Shown one piece after another: positions 1 through 9,417 of a stretch of DNA of 60,575 nucleotides (positions are counted from its first letter, which is position 1; each line of letters begins with the position of its first letter). The notes under the pieces were generated by a model that was not told the origin of the DNA, made no database searches, and saw only the letters and a list, made by a program, of their open reading frames with translations. Location: contig JBBRUU010000001.1 in assembly GCA_038247515.1 (NCBI GenBank), forward strand, positions 1 to 60,575. Reading direction: 5' to 3'. The translations under genes and the position numbers were made by a program. This DNA comes from Sphingomonadales bacterium (lineage in GTDB: Bacteria > Pseudomonadota > Alphaproteobacteria > Sphingomonadales > Sphingomonadaceae).

Positions 1-1299
1 GAAGCAAGAGATCTCGGCACGCACTTCGGGCGGCAAAAGCGTGCCCGCGCCCGCGCTGCCCTTCGCTGCATCCTGACACCATTCGCGCAGAGCCCGGTGC
101 GCTGCGGCAGGCGCGAAATGCGCCTCGACTGCCGCGCGCGCGCGATTCGCAAGCTCGGCGCGCATCGCGGCGTCGCGCTGGAGCATCAGGATCGCGGCGG
201 CAAAGCTCCCCGCGCTGTCGGCAACAATCACCGCTGGCCCGCAGGCCTCCTCGACGCCTTGCAGCGTCACCGGGCTCGCCACCATCGGCTTGCCCCAGGC
301 GAGCGCTTCCACCAGCTTGATCTTGAGCCCCGAACCGAAGCGCAGCGGCGAGATGACAATTCCCGCATGGCGATAGAAGGGCGCAAGGTCCGGCACGAGC
401 CCGCGCAGACGCACGCCTGAAGGCATTTTGCCGCTATCGAAATCCGCCGCCACCGTGCCGACCACATCAAGCCGGACTGCAGGGTTGGCAGCGGCGACCT
501 GCGGCCAGACGGTCTCGAGAAACCACTTGAGACCGTCGGAATTGGGCGCGGTGCGGCTGCCCACGAACAGCAGCCGGTCGGGATCGTCTCCGCCTGCCTG
601 CACGGCTTGCGCGCTGCGTGTTCCGGGTGCGAGCACCACCCTGACCAACGGCAACGCGCCAGCAACAAAATCCGCTTCGTCCTGCTGGATCGCGATCACG
701 GTGCCTGCGCGCGCGAGCATCGCAACTTCCGCCTCGCAGGTGAGCCGCGCCACAGAATCGCGCTCCGCGCCCGCGCCCGATTGGCTGCGGCGGTGGAAGA
801 GGTCATGCATCACGATCGCGCAGCGTTCGCGGGGCAAGCCGAGGACGGTGAAGGCTTCGGACTGGAAGGCGTAATCGGCGATCACGACGTCGCCCTTGCC
901 CGCCTTCTCGCCGGCCAGCCATGCCAGGTCGGCGGCGCTCCAGGGCGCGGCGATGGCATAGGGGCGCGGGGCATCGCGGGTCCAGGCGGCGGAGATGCCG
1001 ACCCGCCGTGCAAGGCCCTGCACCACGCCGAGCGCCGCGTCGCGCCACACGCCCGGATCGCGCGAGACGAACCAGCTCCCGATCTTGGCGACGCCGCGGA
1101 TTTGGTGGCTGACGAAGACCGCCATTTCAGGCCGCGCGCGAAAGAAAGGGACGCGGCCCATCACGCCGGGCGAGGGTTGCAGCAGCACCGGCTCCAGCCC
1201 CGCTGTGCGCACTGATCGGGCAAGGTCGAGGAGGTAGGACGAACTGCCATTGGTCGCCCCGATCAGGCGCTGGCGGCTGACGAAGATCGCCCGGCTCAT
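1..1299 (-). CDS. Glycosyltransferase family 4 (3' end outside window)
   Basis: Not in ORF track; hand-translated from ATG 1299 (ATGA overlap with upstream stop): MSRAIFVSRQRL...IVMHDLFH...LLFVGSRTAPNSDGLKWF...SPLRFGSGLKIKLVEALAWGKPMV; no stop before base 1. Confidence 0.85.
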   Translation of the reverse strand, partial: MSRAIFVSRQRLIGATNGSSSYLLDLARSVRTAGLEPVLLQPSPGVMGRVPFFRARPEMAVFVSHQIRGVAKIGSWFVSRDPGVWRDAALGVVQGLARRVGISAAWTRDAPRPYAIAAPWSAADLAWLAGEKAGKGDVVIADYAFQSEAFTVLGLPRERCAIVMHDLFHRRSQSGAGAERDSVARLTCEAEVAMLARAGTVIAIQQDEADFVAGALPLVRVVLAPGTRSAQAVQAGGDDPDRLLFVGSRTAPNSDGLKWFLETVWPQVAAANPAVRLDVVGTVAADFDSGKMPSGVRLRGLVPDLAPFYRHAGIVISPLRFGSGLKIKLVEALAWGKPMVASPVTLQGVEEACGPAVIVADSAGSFAAAILMLQRDAAMRAELANRARAAVEAHFAPAAAHRALREWCQDAAKGSAGAGTLLPPEVRAEISCF

Positions 1300-2666
1300 A
1301 TCCCTTGCCCCGCAACTGCCTGCGCCCGCTCACGCCAGACAAGCCCGTTGTCGGCCAATGCGCTCGCGGGAAGCAGGCTGAGCAGGTTCCCGCAGGTCTG
1401 GGCGTCGAGGTGGTAGCCCACCAGCGGATGGCACGTGCCGGCCGCAGCCACAAACGGTGCGCCGTCGCCGATTGCATGGGCGGCGGCGTCGGCAAGGCCT
1501 TCCTCGGCGAGCAGCACCATCGCGGCACCCTGCCCGGCGCGCGCGGTGGTGATCGGATCGGCAAGCTGGGCGCGTGTCAGCCGGGTGAGTTTGCAGCCGC
1601 TCGCCGTCACCAGCGCAGCGGCGATCGCCACCGGGGAACCGGGCACAGCCTCGCCGCACAACAGCACGTGCGGAGCATTGGCTGCCTCGGTAACAGGGGC
1701 GAGGAGCAGTTTGCGCGCGGCGGCGCGGCGGGAGAGCCCTTCGCGGGCACTCGCACCGAGCATCCGGAACGCGCGCGGGCGGCGCACCAGCTGTTCCAGC
1801 GCCTTGCCGATGCGGCGCGCTTTCAGGTGCTGGACTGCCTGGCTATGCGCGAGCGTGTTCTCAAGGCTGGCAAGCCGCCCGGCCCGCGCCTGCGCCAGTG
1901 CAGTGCCGGCCGGCTCAGCCGCGATCCGGTCCCGCTCGGCAGCGATCAGCCCGGCCAGATCCGCGTCTGTCCAGCGGAACGAGGTCGAGGCGGCATGGCG
2001 GCGGTAGTAATAGCTCGGTTCGGGGCGATAGGCATAGGTCAGGCCCGCGGCGAGCGCGCGCTCGACCAGATCCCAGTCCTCGCCGATCCTTAGCCGCAGA
2101 TCATAGCCCAGGCCATGCTGGCGAAGCGCGGCGAGGCGGAACAGCGGCTTGAGATATCCGAGCTGGATGCCGGGTCGATCGAGGCATCCGGTCGCGAAGA
2201 ATTGCGCGTGGTCGATGGTCCGCTCGGCGGTCCAATCCTCGCCTTGCGCAAATAGCGTCGGGGGCACGTCAGCCGAAAACACGATCATGTTGCCCGCGGC
2301 AAGGTCCGCGCCGGTACGCTGCGCCAGATCGAGCAGGTACTCGGCGTGGCGCGGGTGAAGAATGTCGTCGCTGTCGACCACCGCAACATAGGGCGCGGCA
2401 GCGGCGGCGATGCTGAGATTGCGCACGGCGGCAAGGCCCTTGCCATGACCGCGCACTGCGATCACCCGCGGGTCTTGTGCGGCGTGGCGGCGGACGATCT
2501 CGCCGGTCGCATCGCTCGACTGGTCATCGACGACGATGATCTCGATCCGGCGCAGCGTCTGGCGGCGCGCCGAGATCAGAGCAGCGTCGATATGCTGCGC
2601 GGCATTGCGCGCCGCCATCAGCAGCGAGACGACCGGTTCGGCAGTGTCGGGATAAAAAGAAGCCAT
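1296..2666 (-). CDS. Glycosyltransferase family 2, ExoO-like
   Basis: IIVVDDQSSD, VVDSDD, GYLKPLFR, LRIGEDW motifs. Confidence 0.9.
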   Translation of the reverse strand: MASFYPDTAEPVVSLLMAARNAAQHIDAALISARRQTLRRIEIIVVDDQSSDATGEIVRRHAAQDPRVIAVRGHGKGLAAVRNLSIAAAAAPYVAVVDSDDILHPRHAEYLLDLAQRTGADLAAGNMIVFSADVPPTLFAQGEDWTAERTIDHAQFFATGCLDRPGIQLGYLKPLFRLAALRQHGLGYDLRLRIGEDWDLVERALAAGLTYAYRPEPSYYYRRHAASTSFRWTDADLAGLIAAERDRIAAEPAGTALAQARAGRLASLENTLAHSQAVQHLKARRIGKALEQLVRRPRAFRMLGASAREGLSRRAAARKLLLAPVTEAANAPHVLLCGEAVPGSPVAIAAALVTASGCKLTRLTRAQLADPITTARAGQGAAMVLLAEEGLADAAAHAIGDGAPFVAAAGTCHPLVGYHLDAQTCGNLLSLLPASALADNGLVWRERAQAVAGQGI

Positions 2667-2836
2667 GGACGCAGGGTCTCTCCTCGGACCTAAGGCATGG
2701 GTGTACGCAAGCGCAGGCAGAGATGCGCAGAGGCCTTATGCGTGATCGACGCCAGTGCGACTTAAACGAGGTTAGTTCATCCGCCGGGACAGCCGTCTAA
2801 ATCGGCTACGACTCCACCACACAGGAAGGCTGCGGC

Positions 2837-3808
2837 ATGGACGATGTATGCGTGATCGTCGCGGCGATGAATGCCGAAGCCACGGTAGCCCGCGCGGTCG
2901 CCTCGGCGCTCGCCGAGCCGGAGGTCAGCGAGGTCGTGCTGATCGACGACGCGTCTCGCGACGGCACGGCAAAGGCTGCCCGCGGCGCGGATGACGGAAC
3001 AGGCCGCCTGCGCGTGTTGCGGGCACCGCGCAATCTTGGACCGGCCGCCGCGCGCAACCTCGGGCTTGCCAACTCGTCTGCTCCGCTGGTGGCGGTGCTT
3101 GATGCAGACGACATGTTCCTTTCCGGCCGCTTCGCCGCGCTCGCCGATCCGGGCGGGGATTGGGACATGTCGGCAGACAACCTGATGTTCGTCGCCGAAA
3201 GCAGGGCCAAGGAATTTGCCGGGCTCGCCACCTTTGCAACCAACGGCGTCGCCGAGCATATGAACTTTGCCCGCTTCGTTTCCGGCAATATCTCGCAGCC
3301 GGGCCGCCCGCGCGGAGAACTGGGCTTTTTGCAGCCGGTTGTTCGCCGTGCCTTTCTCAAGCGCCACGGCCTTGGCTATGACGGGCGCATGCGGCTTGGC
3401 GAGGACTTCGACCTCTATGCCCGGATGCTGCTCGCAGGGGCGCGGTTCCGGCTGGTCGCGGCTTGCGGGTATGTCGCTGTCGAGCGTCCCAATTCGTTGA
3501 GCGCCAAGCACTCCGCCGCCGATCTTGCCGCGCTGGTCGCAGCCGATGACCGGATGCTGGCGGGATCGCTCAAGGCGCCCGATCGCGAGATCCTCGGACG
3601 CCACCGCGCCCAATGCGCGCAGCGGTGGCACCACCGCCACTTTCTCGATGCCAAGCAGCGCAGCGGGCTAGTGCGCGCGCTGTTCGACAACCGATCCAGC
3701 CCGCAGCTGCTGGTCGATGCGGCGTTTGGGGTGGCGCGTGACAAGCTCGCGCTGCTGCGGCCAGTTCCTGCAGTTGCTGCCGGTCCGCGCTTTCTAATCG
3801 CTCCCTGA
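2837..3808 (+). CDS. Glycosyltransferase family 2, ExoU-like
   Basis: VVLIDDASRD, GPAAARN, VLDADD, RGELGFLQP, RLGEDFDLY. Confidence 0.9.
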   Translation: MDDVCVIVAAMNAEATVARAVASALAEPEVSEVVLIDDASRDGTAKAARGADDGTGRLRVLRAPRNLGPAAARNLGLANSSAPLVAVLDADDMFLSGRFAALADPGGDWDMSADNLMFVAESRAKEFAGLATFATNGVAEHMNFARFVSGNISQPGRPRGELGFLQPVVRRAFLKRHGLGYDGRMRLGEDFDLYARMLLAGARFRLVAACGYVAVERPNSLSAKHSAADLAALVAADDRMLAGSLKAPDREILGRHRAQCAQRWHHRHFLDAKQRSGLVRALFDNRSSPQLLVDAAFGVARDKLALLRPVPAVAAGPRFLIAP

Positions 3809-3883
3809 CGCAGGCACTTCACTCCTGCATGCTTGCCCTAGGTGGCTAACTTGTGTGGTCGCCCTCTTTGAGGGGATCGGCAA

Positions 3884-5242
3884 GTGTCCGCGCCTGACCC
3901 GAGGCAACAAGCGGAGCGACAATTCTTGGCAGCAGCAGCCGCCCGATCACGCGAAGAACATCGCGCAGTCGAGCCCTTCGGGTTCGAGCGCCTTTCCGTA
4001 TTCGGCCTTGCTGTCGCCATGATTGCCGGGCTCGCTGCACCAGCTTTCGCGCTTGCCGCCACGCTGCTGCAAGTGGTCTGTATCGCCGCGATAATCGCGC
4101 TGCGCTGGCGAATAGTCCCCGCGCTACTTCCTGCCGCGTTGCCGCTGCTGCTGCTGCCGCTGTTCGCCGCCGCTTCGGCGCTATGGTCCGATGTACCGGA
4201 CATCTCGCTGCGCTACGGGATACAACTGCTGGTGACGGTGATCATGGGCGTCGCACTCGGCCGCCTGCTGACCTTGCGCCAGCTGGTTCTCGCGGTCTTC
4301 GTCGGCACTTCGATCGCGTGCCTTGTCGGCCTCGCTTTGGGAAGGACCGGGGAGACGGATGGCGGGATGGTCCTGATCGGGCTGTCCGGTTCCAAGAACC
4401 AGATGGGCTATATCGCGCTCTTCTGGCTGAGTTCGGCTTTGTGCGTGCTTGGTTCGAGCACCTACCGACCGCTGGTACGAATCCTCGCAGGTATTGCAGT
4501 GATTCCGGCAAGTTTTCTCCTGATTCAGGCGGATTCGGCGACCGCGATCGTCTCGATGGCGGTGCTGATCGGGCTGCTGGCGTTGCTCGCCATTGCCTCG
4601 TTCCTCGGGCGCGGTGGACGGCTGTTCGCGCTTCTGGCGGCGGCGCTGCTGACAGTGCCCGTGGTCGTGGGCCTGCCCCAGATCGAGCGTCAGGCCGCTG
4701 TAATACGCACCGATGTGTTGCAGAAAGACGAGCGGCTTACAGGGCGCACGCTGCTGTGGGCCTCCGCCGATACACTGATCATGCAGGCGCCCGTGATCGG
4801 CCATGGCTACAAGGCAATCTGGCTTGGCCCCAAGGGCAAGGAATTGCTTGCGCGCAACGGCAAGACGGACGGGCGCGCCTTTCACTTCCACGATACCTTC
4901 CGCGAGATCATGGCGGATCTGGGCGCGGTCGGACTTGTGCTGTTCCTCCTGCCGCTGGCCTATGGGGCCTTACGCGGCGTGCTGCTGCTGATCGCCGCGG
5001 TCGATGCCCCGCGCGCCTTCGCCTTGGTGACACTGGCGACGGTGTTTCTTCGGGTCCGCACCGAACTGGTGATCGGGCCCTTCATGCTCGACACAGCGCT
5101 GCTCTACGCGATTGTCACTGCTCTGATGGTGATGCCGCTCGCGGTGGCCGCGTCAGCTACCGAACCTCGCCCCGCCCTGTTCCGGATGCGCGAAAAGCGT
5201 GCCGCTCGATCCTCTCCCCGACCGCAAAGGAACCCCGCATGA
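3884..5242 (+). CDS. Wzy/O-antigen-ligase family membrane protein, ExoQ-like polymerase
   Basis: Many TM segments; GSKNQMG, LTGRTLLW, P-x-x-GHGY, FHFHD motifs. Confidence 0.8.
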   Translation: MSAPDPRQQAERQFLAAAAARSREEHRAVEPFGFERLSVFGLAVAMIAGLAAPAFALAATLLQVVCIAAIIALRWRIVPALLPAALPLLLLPLFAAASALWSDVPDISLRYGIQLLVTVIMGVALGRLLTLRQLVLAVFVGTSIACLVGLALGRTGETDGGMVLIGLSGSKNQMGYIALFWLSSALCVLGSSTYRPLVRILAGIAVIPASFLLIQADSATAIVSMAVLIGLLALLAIASFLGRGGRLFALLAAALLTVPVVVGLPQIERQAAVIRTDVLQKDERLTGRTLLWASADTLIMQAPVIGHGYKAIWLGPKGKELLARNGKTDGRAFHFHDTFREIMADLGAVGLVLFLLPLAYGALRGVLLLIAAVDAPRAFALVTLATVFLRVRTELVIGPFMLDTALLYAIVTALMVMPLAVAASATEPRPALFRMREKRAARSSPRPQRNPA

Positions 5243-5808
5243 TCATACGCCTCCCCGCCTATCTCGCCGCTGTGATGCTGATGCTGCTTTCTGCCTGCGC
5301 GGGAGGCGGCGATGTGCCTCGCGCCCGGGTCATCGACACGGCCGAGATCTACACCCTGGCGCCCGGCGACAAGCTGCGCATCACGGTGTACGGCGAAGAG
5401 ACGCTGACCGGCGAATACGGCGTCACCGGGTCGGGCGATGTGTCCTTCCCGCTGATCGGCAACATTAAGGTCGCTGGACGCACGGTTGAGGCCCTGCAGA
5501 AGGAACTCACCACCAAGCTTGGCGCAGGCTATCTCGAAGACCCCCGGGTCAGTGCCGAGATCATCAACTACCGCCCCTTCTACGTTCTGGGCGAGGTGTC
5601 GCGCCCCGGCCAGTACGATTTCGCTGTCGGGCTCACCGTCCAGCAGGCGGTCGCAGCCGCAGGCGGCTTCACCTACCGCGCCAACAACAAAAAGGTGTAT
5701 CTCAAGCGCGCCCTCGATACGCGCGAGATGCTGGTCGACCTGCGTGAGACCCCGTCCTTCCCCGTGCGTCCGGGCGACACGATCCGGGTGGGCGAGCGCT
5801 TCTTCTGA
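5239..5808 (+). CDS. Polysaccharide export lipoprotein (Wza/ExoF family)
   Basis: ATG 5239 overlaps upstream stop; lipobox LSAC; YTLAPGDKLRITVYGE, FPLIG, GEVSRPG, SLBB domain. Confidence 0.9.
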   Translation: MIIRLPAYLAAVMLMLLSACAGGGDVPRARVIDTAEIYTLAPGDKLRITVYGEETLTGEYGVTGSGDVSFPLIGNIKVAGRTVEALQKELTTKLGAGYLEDPRVSAEIINYRPFYVLGEVSRPGQYDFAVGLTVQQAVAAAGGFTYRANNKKVYLKRALDTREMLVDLRETPSFPVRPGDTIRVGERFF

Positions 5809-5817
5809 GGAAAACCC

Positions 5818-6762
5818 ATGTCTTTCCAGCCTTTTATATCAGCACCACTCGGCGCACGCATCGACCAAGCCGAGCTGTTGATCGTCTTTGCAACTCACAA
5901 TGGAGCAGGCTGGATCGAGCGCACCCTCGAGGGATATGCCCGACAGCTCCCCGCTCCTCCCTGGGCGTTGGTCGTGATCGATAACGGCAGCACAGACGAA
6001 ACTGCCGAGGTGCTTACCCGCTATCAGGGTGTGCTGCCGCTGCTTGTATTGAATGAGGAGCGGCCTGGTAAAAACGTGGCGCTTAACCGGGCTCTGACGC
6101 TACTCGGGGATACAAATTGCAACTTCGTCTTTACCGACGACGATGCCGTTCCTGAACCCGACTTCGTAGAACGATGGTCGGATACGCTTGCGCGGCAGTG
6201 CGATCATTCGTTGTTCGGCGGGACGGTCATTCCCTACTTTGATGGGCTCGATCACCGAATCCCAAACCGCTACGAAGCTTTCCACGCTGAGATTTACGCG
6301 CGCAACATCCGCCCAGAAGGAGCGATAGAGCCGCAATGGATTTTCGGACCGAATATGGCGGTGTCGGGGGCAGTGATCCGCGCCGGGCACCGTTTCAACG
6401 AGGAGATCGGACCCAGCAGCGCTGATCCTAGTTACCCTATGGGCAGCGAGACCGAATTCTGTGTGCGTGTGGCGCAGGAGGCTGGTGTCAGCGCATGGTT
6501 CGCAGTCCTGCCCCGCGTTTTACATATTGTGCGTGACAGTCAGGCCACAGAGCAGTTCGTCCTACAGCGTGCATTTCGGCATGGCAGAGGTTGCGCACAG
6601 ATAACCAAGCCCGGGACGACTAGCCGATGGGTCAAGTTGAAGTCGGACTTGCGGCTTGCGCTGCTGCGGCTGGTGGCACTGACCGGGTCAGCTCGAGCCA
6701 AGTGGAATAAGGCCTGGTTGGAAGGTTACAGATCAGGCGTGCGCCGCGATCGCGGCGCATAA
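5818..6762 (+). CDS. Glycosyltransferase family 2
   Basis: VIDNGSTD, GKNVALN, FTDDD, MGSETEF; RBS GAGGA. Confidence 0.85.
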   Translation: MSFQPFISAPLGARIDQAELLIVFATHNGAGWIERTLEGYARQLPAPPWALVVIDNGSTDETAEVLTRYQGVLPLLVLNEERPGKNVALNRALTLLGDTNCNFVFTDDDAVPEPDFVERWSDTLARQCDHSLFGGTVIPYFDGLDHRIPNRYEAFHAEIYARNIRPEGAIEPQWIFGPNMAVSGAVIRAGHRFNEEIGPSSADPSYPMGSETEFCVRVAQEAGVSAWFAVLPRVLHIVRDSQATEQFVLQRAFRHGRGCAQITKPGTTSRWVKLKSDLRLALLRLVALTGSARAKWNKAWLEGYRSGVRRDRGA

Positions 6763-6797
6763 GGTCTGCACATGGATGCGTCGGCAGGAGCAGAACA

Positions 6798-7931
6798 GTG
6801 ACATCGGAAGCGATGACCAAGCCGCATCTTCAGCGCGGCGAGCGCCACCTGCGTGTTCTTGTATACGCCAACGTTGACCGTGCCGAGATAGGCGGAGTGC
6901 AGTCGGTGGTGCGGAGTTTGCGCGACCACCTGCTCGCTCGCGACCATACAGTGATGACCGGATGGTCCGGCAGTAACGATGGCCTGACGGACGCGGGCGC
7001 AGATGGCTGGGTTGAGCAATTCCCTGTGCTTTCCGGACCGCGCTGGCTCCACTTGCGCACGCTCGCACGGGTGATCGTGCGACTGCTGCGTGCGCGGCCA
7101 AACGTAGTGAGCATCCATTTCGCCTCGGCCTCGACGCGCTACTTCAACTTTTTGGCACCGATCCTCGGTTTTCGCGTGCTGTTGACCTGCCACGGCAGCG
7201 ACATGCTGCGCACGCGTCCTGAAGATGTGGCTCACATCTCTTCGGTTCTGCGCGGTGCCGCTGCAATAACTGCCGTTTCCGAGGATATCGGACAGCAGAT
7301 AGTCTCGAAAAACAACGGTCTGGAAACGCCCATCGCTGTCATCGCCAATGGCATCGACACCGAGTTCTGGAAGCCACCCCAAACATCGCGCGCCAGCGGA
7401 CCACAGGTGCTTGCGGCAATCGGGCGGCTTGCTCCGGTCAAGGGTTTCGACGTGCTCATTGATGCGCTGGCTGCCGCTCACAGGAAGGGCGCAGAGGCGA
7501 GGCTGGTGTTGATTGGCGAGGGGCCAGAGCGCCAAGCTCTTGAAGCGCAGGCGGAAAGGCTGGGAATCAGCGCATCGGTAGAGTTTACCGGCCCGCTTGT
7601 CCGGCACCAGATCCGCGAACGTTTGCACGCAGCCGATCTGTTCGTGATGCCATCCCGCAGCGAAGGCATGCCGCTCGCGCTGCTTGAGGCGATGGCCTCC
7701 GGCACCCCGGTACTTGCAAGCCGGGTCGGAGGCGTTCCGCACGTCGCTAGCGGATGCGGAGTGCTGGTGGAACCCGAAGACAGAGATGCTCTGTCAGATG
7801 CGCTGGTAGCATTTCTAGCAGACAGCGACGGGCGCCTGAAGCTGACACAGCAAGCTCGCGTGCGTGCGCAGGACTTTTCGATCGAGCGCTCACATCGTGC
7901 CTACGAAGAACAGATGCTGGCGTTACTTTAA
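6798..7931 (+). CDS. Glycosyltransferase family 4
   Basis: TCHGSD, IANGID, GRLAPVKG, PSRSEGMPLALLEAMASG. Confidence 0.9.
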   Translation: MTSEAMTKPHLQRGERHLRVLVYANVDRAEIGGVQSVVRSLRDHLLARDHTVMTGWSGSNDGLTDAGADGWVEQFPVLSGPRWLHLRTLARVIVRLLRARPNVVSIHFASASTRYFNFLAPILGFRVLLTCHGSDMLRTRPEDVAHISSVLRGAAAITAVSEDIGQQIVSKNNGLETPIAVIANGIDTEFWKPPQTSRASGPQVLAAIGRLAPVKGFDVLIDALAAAHRKGAEARLVLIGEGPERQALEAQAERLGISASVEFTGPLVRHQIRERLHAADLFVMPSRSEGMPLALLEAMASGTPVLASRVGGVPHVASGCGVLVEPEDRDALSDALVAFLADSDGRLKLTQQARVRAQDFSIERSHRAYEEQMLALL

Positions 7932-8136
7932 ACCAGCCCCAAAATGCGCTCGATACAGTCACGACGATACCTCAAATGTGAAACGGACCAGCGCCTATGT
8001 TCCTAACCTGCTTAGTGGTGAGGGGGACCGGAAGCCTGTCTTTTCGCAACCGCCGCACGGCCCCCCGCTCCGCCAGCCGGGCGTGTCGGGCACTCGTGAT
8101 TTCGCCCAGGTTTTATGTCCAGCGAAGGAAGTGCCC

Positions 8137-9417
8137 ATGACGAAGCTCGTGACAAAGGTTGCCCTTCCCACCCCGCGCCCCAATCCGCGGCCCAATCCGC
8201 GCCGTGTCGAACCCCGGTTGATCAAGCCGCGCGTGCTGTTTCTGCTCAAAGAATACCCGATGATCGGCCAGACCTACATCAAGAACGAAATCGAGGCGCT
8301 GGAAGCGGATTACGAGATCGGCATCATCACGCGCCAAATCGCAGAGGTCCCCTACGCCAACAGCCGCCCCCACGGCTTCGCCAGCGAAATGGAGGAATTC
8401 GTCGCGCAGGTCGAGCTGTTCAGGCCCGACGTGCTGCACACGCATTTCCTGACCGAGCTTGCCCTGATCGGCGAACTGTCGCGGCGCACCGGGGTGCCCT
8501 TCACCATGCGCACCCATTCGTGCGACACGATTGGTCTGCGCCGCAGGAGCTTTGGCGACCGGTTGCGCCGAATGATGCGCCGCGAACAGCCGGCCGATCG
8601 TGCGGCATGGCTGACCGAAGGCCTGGCCGCAATGGATAACGAACTGTGCCTCGGCGTGCTCGGCTTCCCCTGCGCGCGGCCGTGGATGCGCCGCGCCGGG
8701 GTGAACGAGGCCAAGCTCATCGATTGCTTCCCCGTGGTGCGATTTGCCGCCTTCCACGACCGCAGCCCCAATGGCGAGGCCGTGATGAACATAGGGCCCG
8801 CCGCCAAAACCAAGGCGATGCCCGATTTTCTGCGGCTGGCAAGCAAGGTGCCAGACCGCGCCTTCAACCTCTACGCGCTGGGCTCGGACACCGCGTGGCT
8901 CGAACAGCGCAGCGCCCAAACCGGCGCGCGGGTCAATGTCGTCGCACCCGTCGAGCCCGAGGCCATGCCGGCCGAATACAAGAAGCACCGCTGGCTGGTC
9001 TACACCGGCGACACCGGCACGCCCACCACCGGCTGGCCGATGGCGATCGCCGAGGCGCAGGCTTCCGGCGTCGGCGTGTGCATGCCCGCACTGCGGCCCG
9101 ACCTCACCCAATATGTCGGTGAAGGCGCCGGCATTCTCTACGAAACCATCGACGAACTGCCCGCCATCGTCTCGGCCCCCGTGCCCGAGGAAATGCGCAT
9201 ACGCGGCTTCGAACAGGCAAGGAAATCCGACATCGAACGCCACAAGCACCTGCTCACCGATCTGTGGGACGACGCCTTCGCGGGCCGCACCCCGGATCAC
9301 GGCGCACGCGCGCAATCAGCGGCCGATGCCTCTGCCGAAAATGCGCGCGTTGTCGTTTCTGGACCAGCGACAGGCCCAGCGACCGGGGCCGCCAACACTG
9401 CGGCGCCGTCCGCATGA
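8137..9417 (+). CDS. Divergent GT-B (family 4-like) glycosyltransferase
   Basis: Start moved to ATG 8137 behind AAGGAAG; QTYIKNEI, LHTHF, GWPMAIAEAQASG. Confidence 0.7.
   Translation: MTKLVTKVALPTPRPNPRPNPRRVEPRLIKPRVLFLLKEYPMIGQTYIKNEIEALEADYEIGIITRQIAEVPYANSRPHGFASEMEEFVAQVELFRPDVLHTHFLTELALIGELSRRTGVPFTMRTHSCDTIGLRRRSFGDRLRRMMRREQPADRAAWLTEGLAAMDNELCLGVLGFPCARPWMRRAGVNEAKLIDCFPVVRFAAFHDRSPNGEAVMNIGPAAKTKAMPDFLRLASKVPDRAFNLYALGSDTAWLEQRSAQTGARVNVVAPVEPEAMPAEYKKHRWLVYTGDTGTPTTGWPMAIAEAQASGVGVCMPALRPDLTQYVGEGAGILYETIDELPAIVSAPVPEEMRIRGFEQARKSDIERHKHLLTDLWDDAFAGRTPDHGARAQSAADASAENARVVVSGPATGPATGAANTAAPSA

Noticed and set aside
2760-2776. CtrA-like sites at 2762 and near 13192
   Set aside because: Spacing or half-sites do not fit TTAA-N7-TTAA
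4183-5238. 541-aa Wza with long N-terminal extension
   Set aside because: Upstream part is an alternate frame over the polymerase gene; the lipoprotein signal starts at 5239
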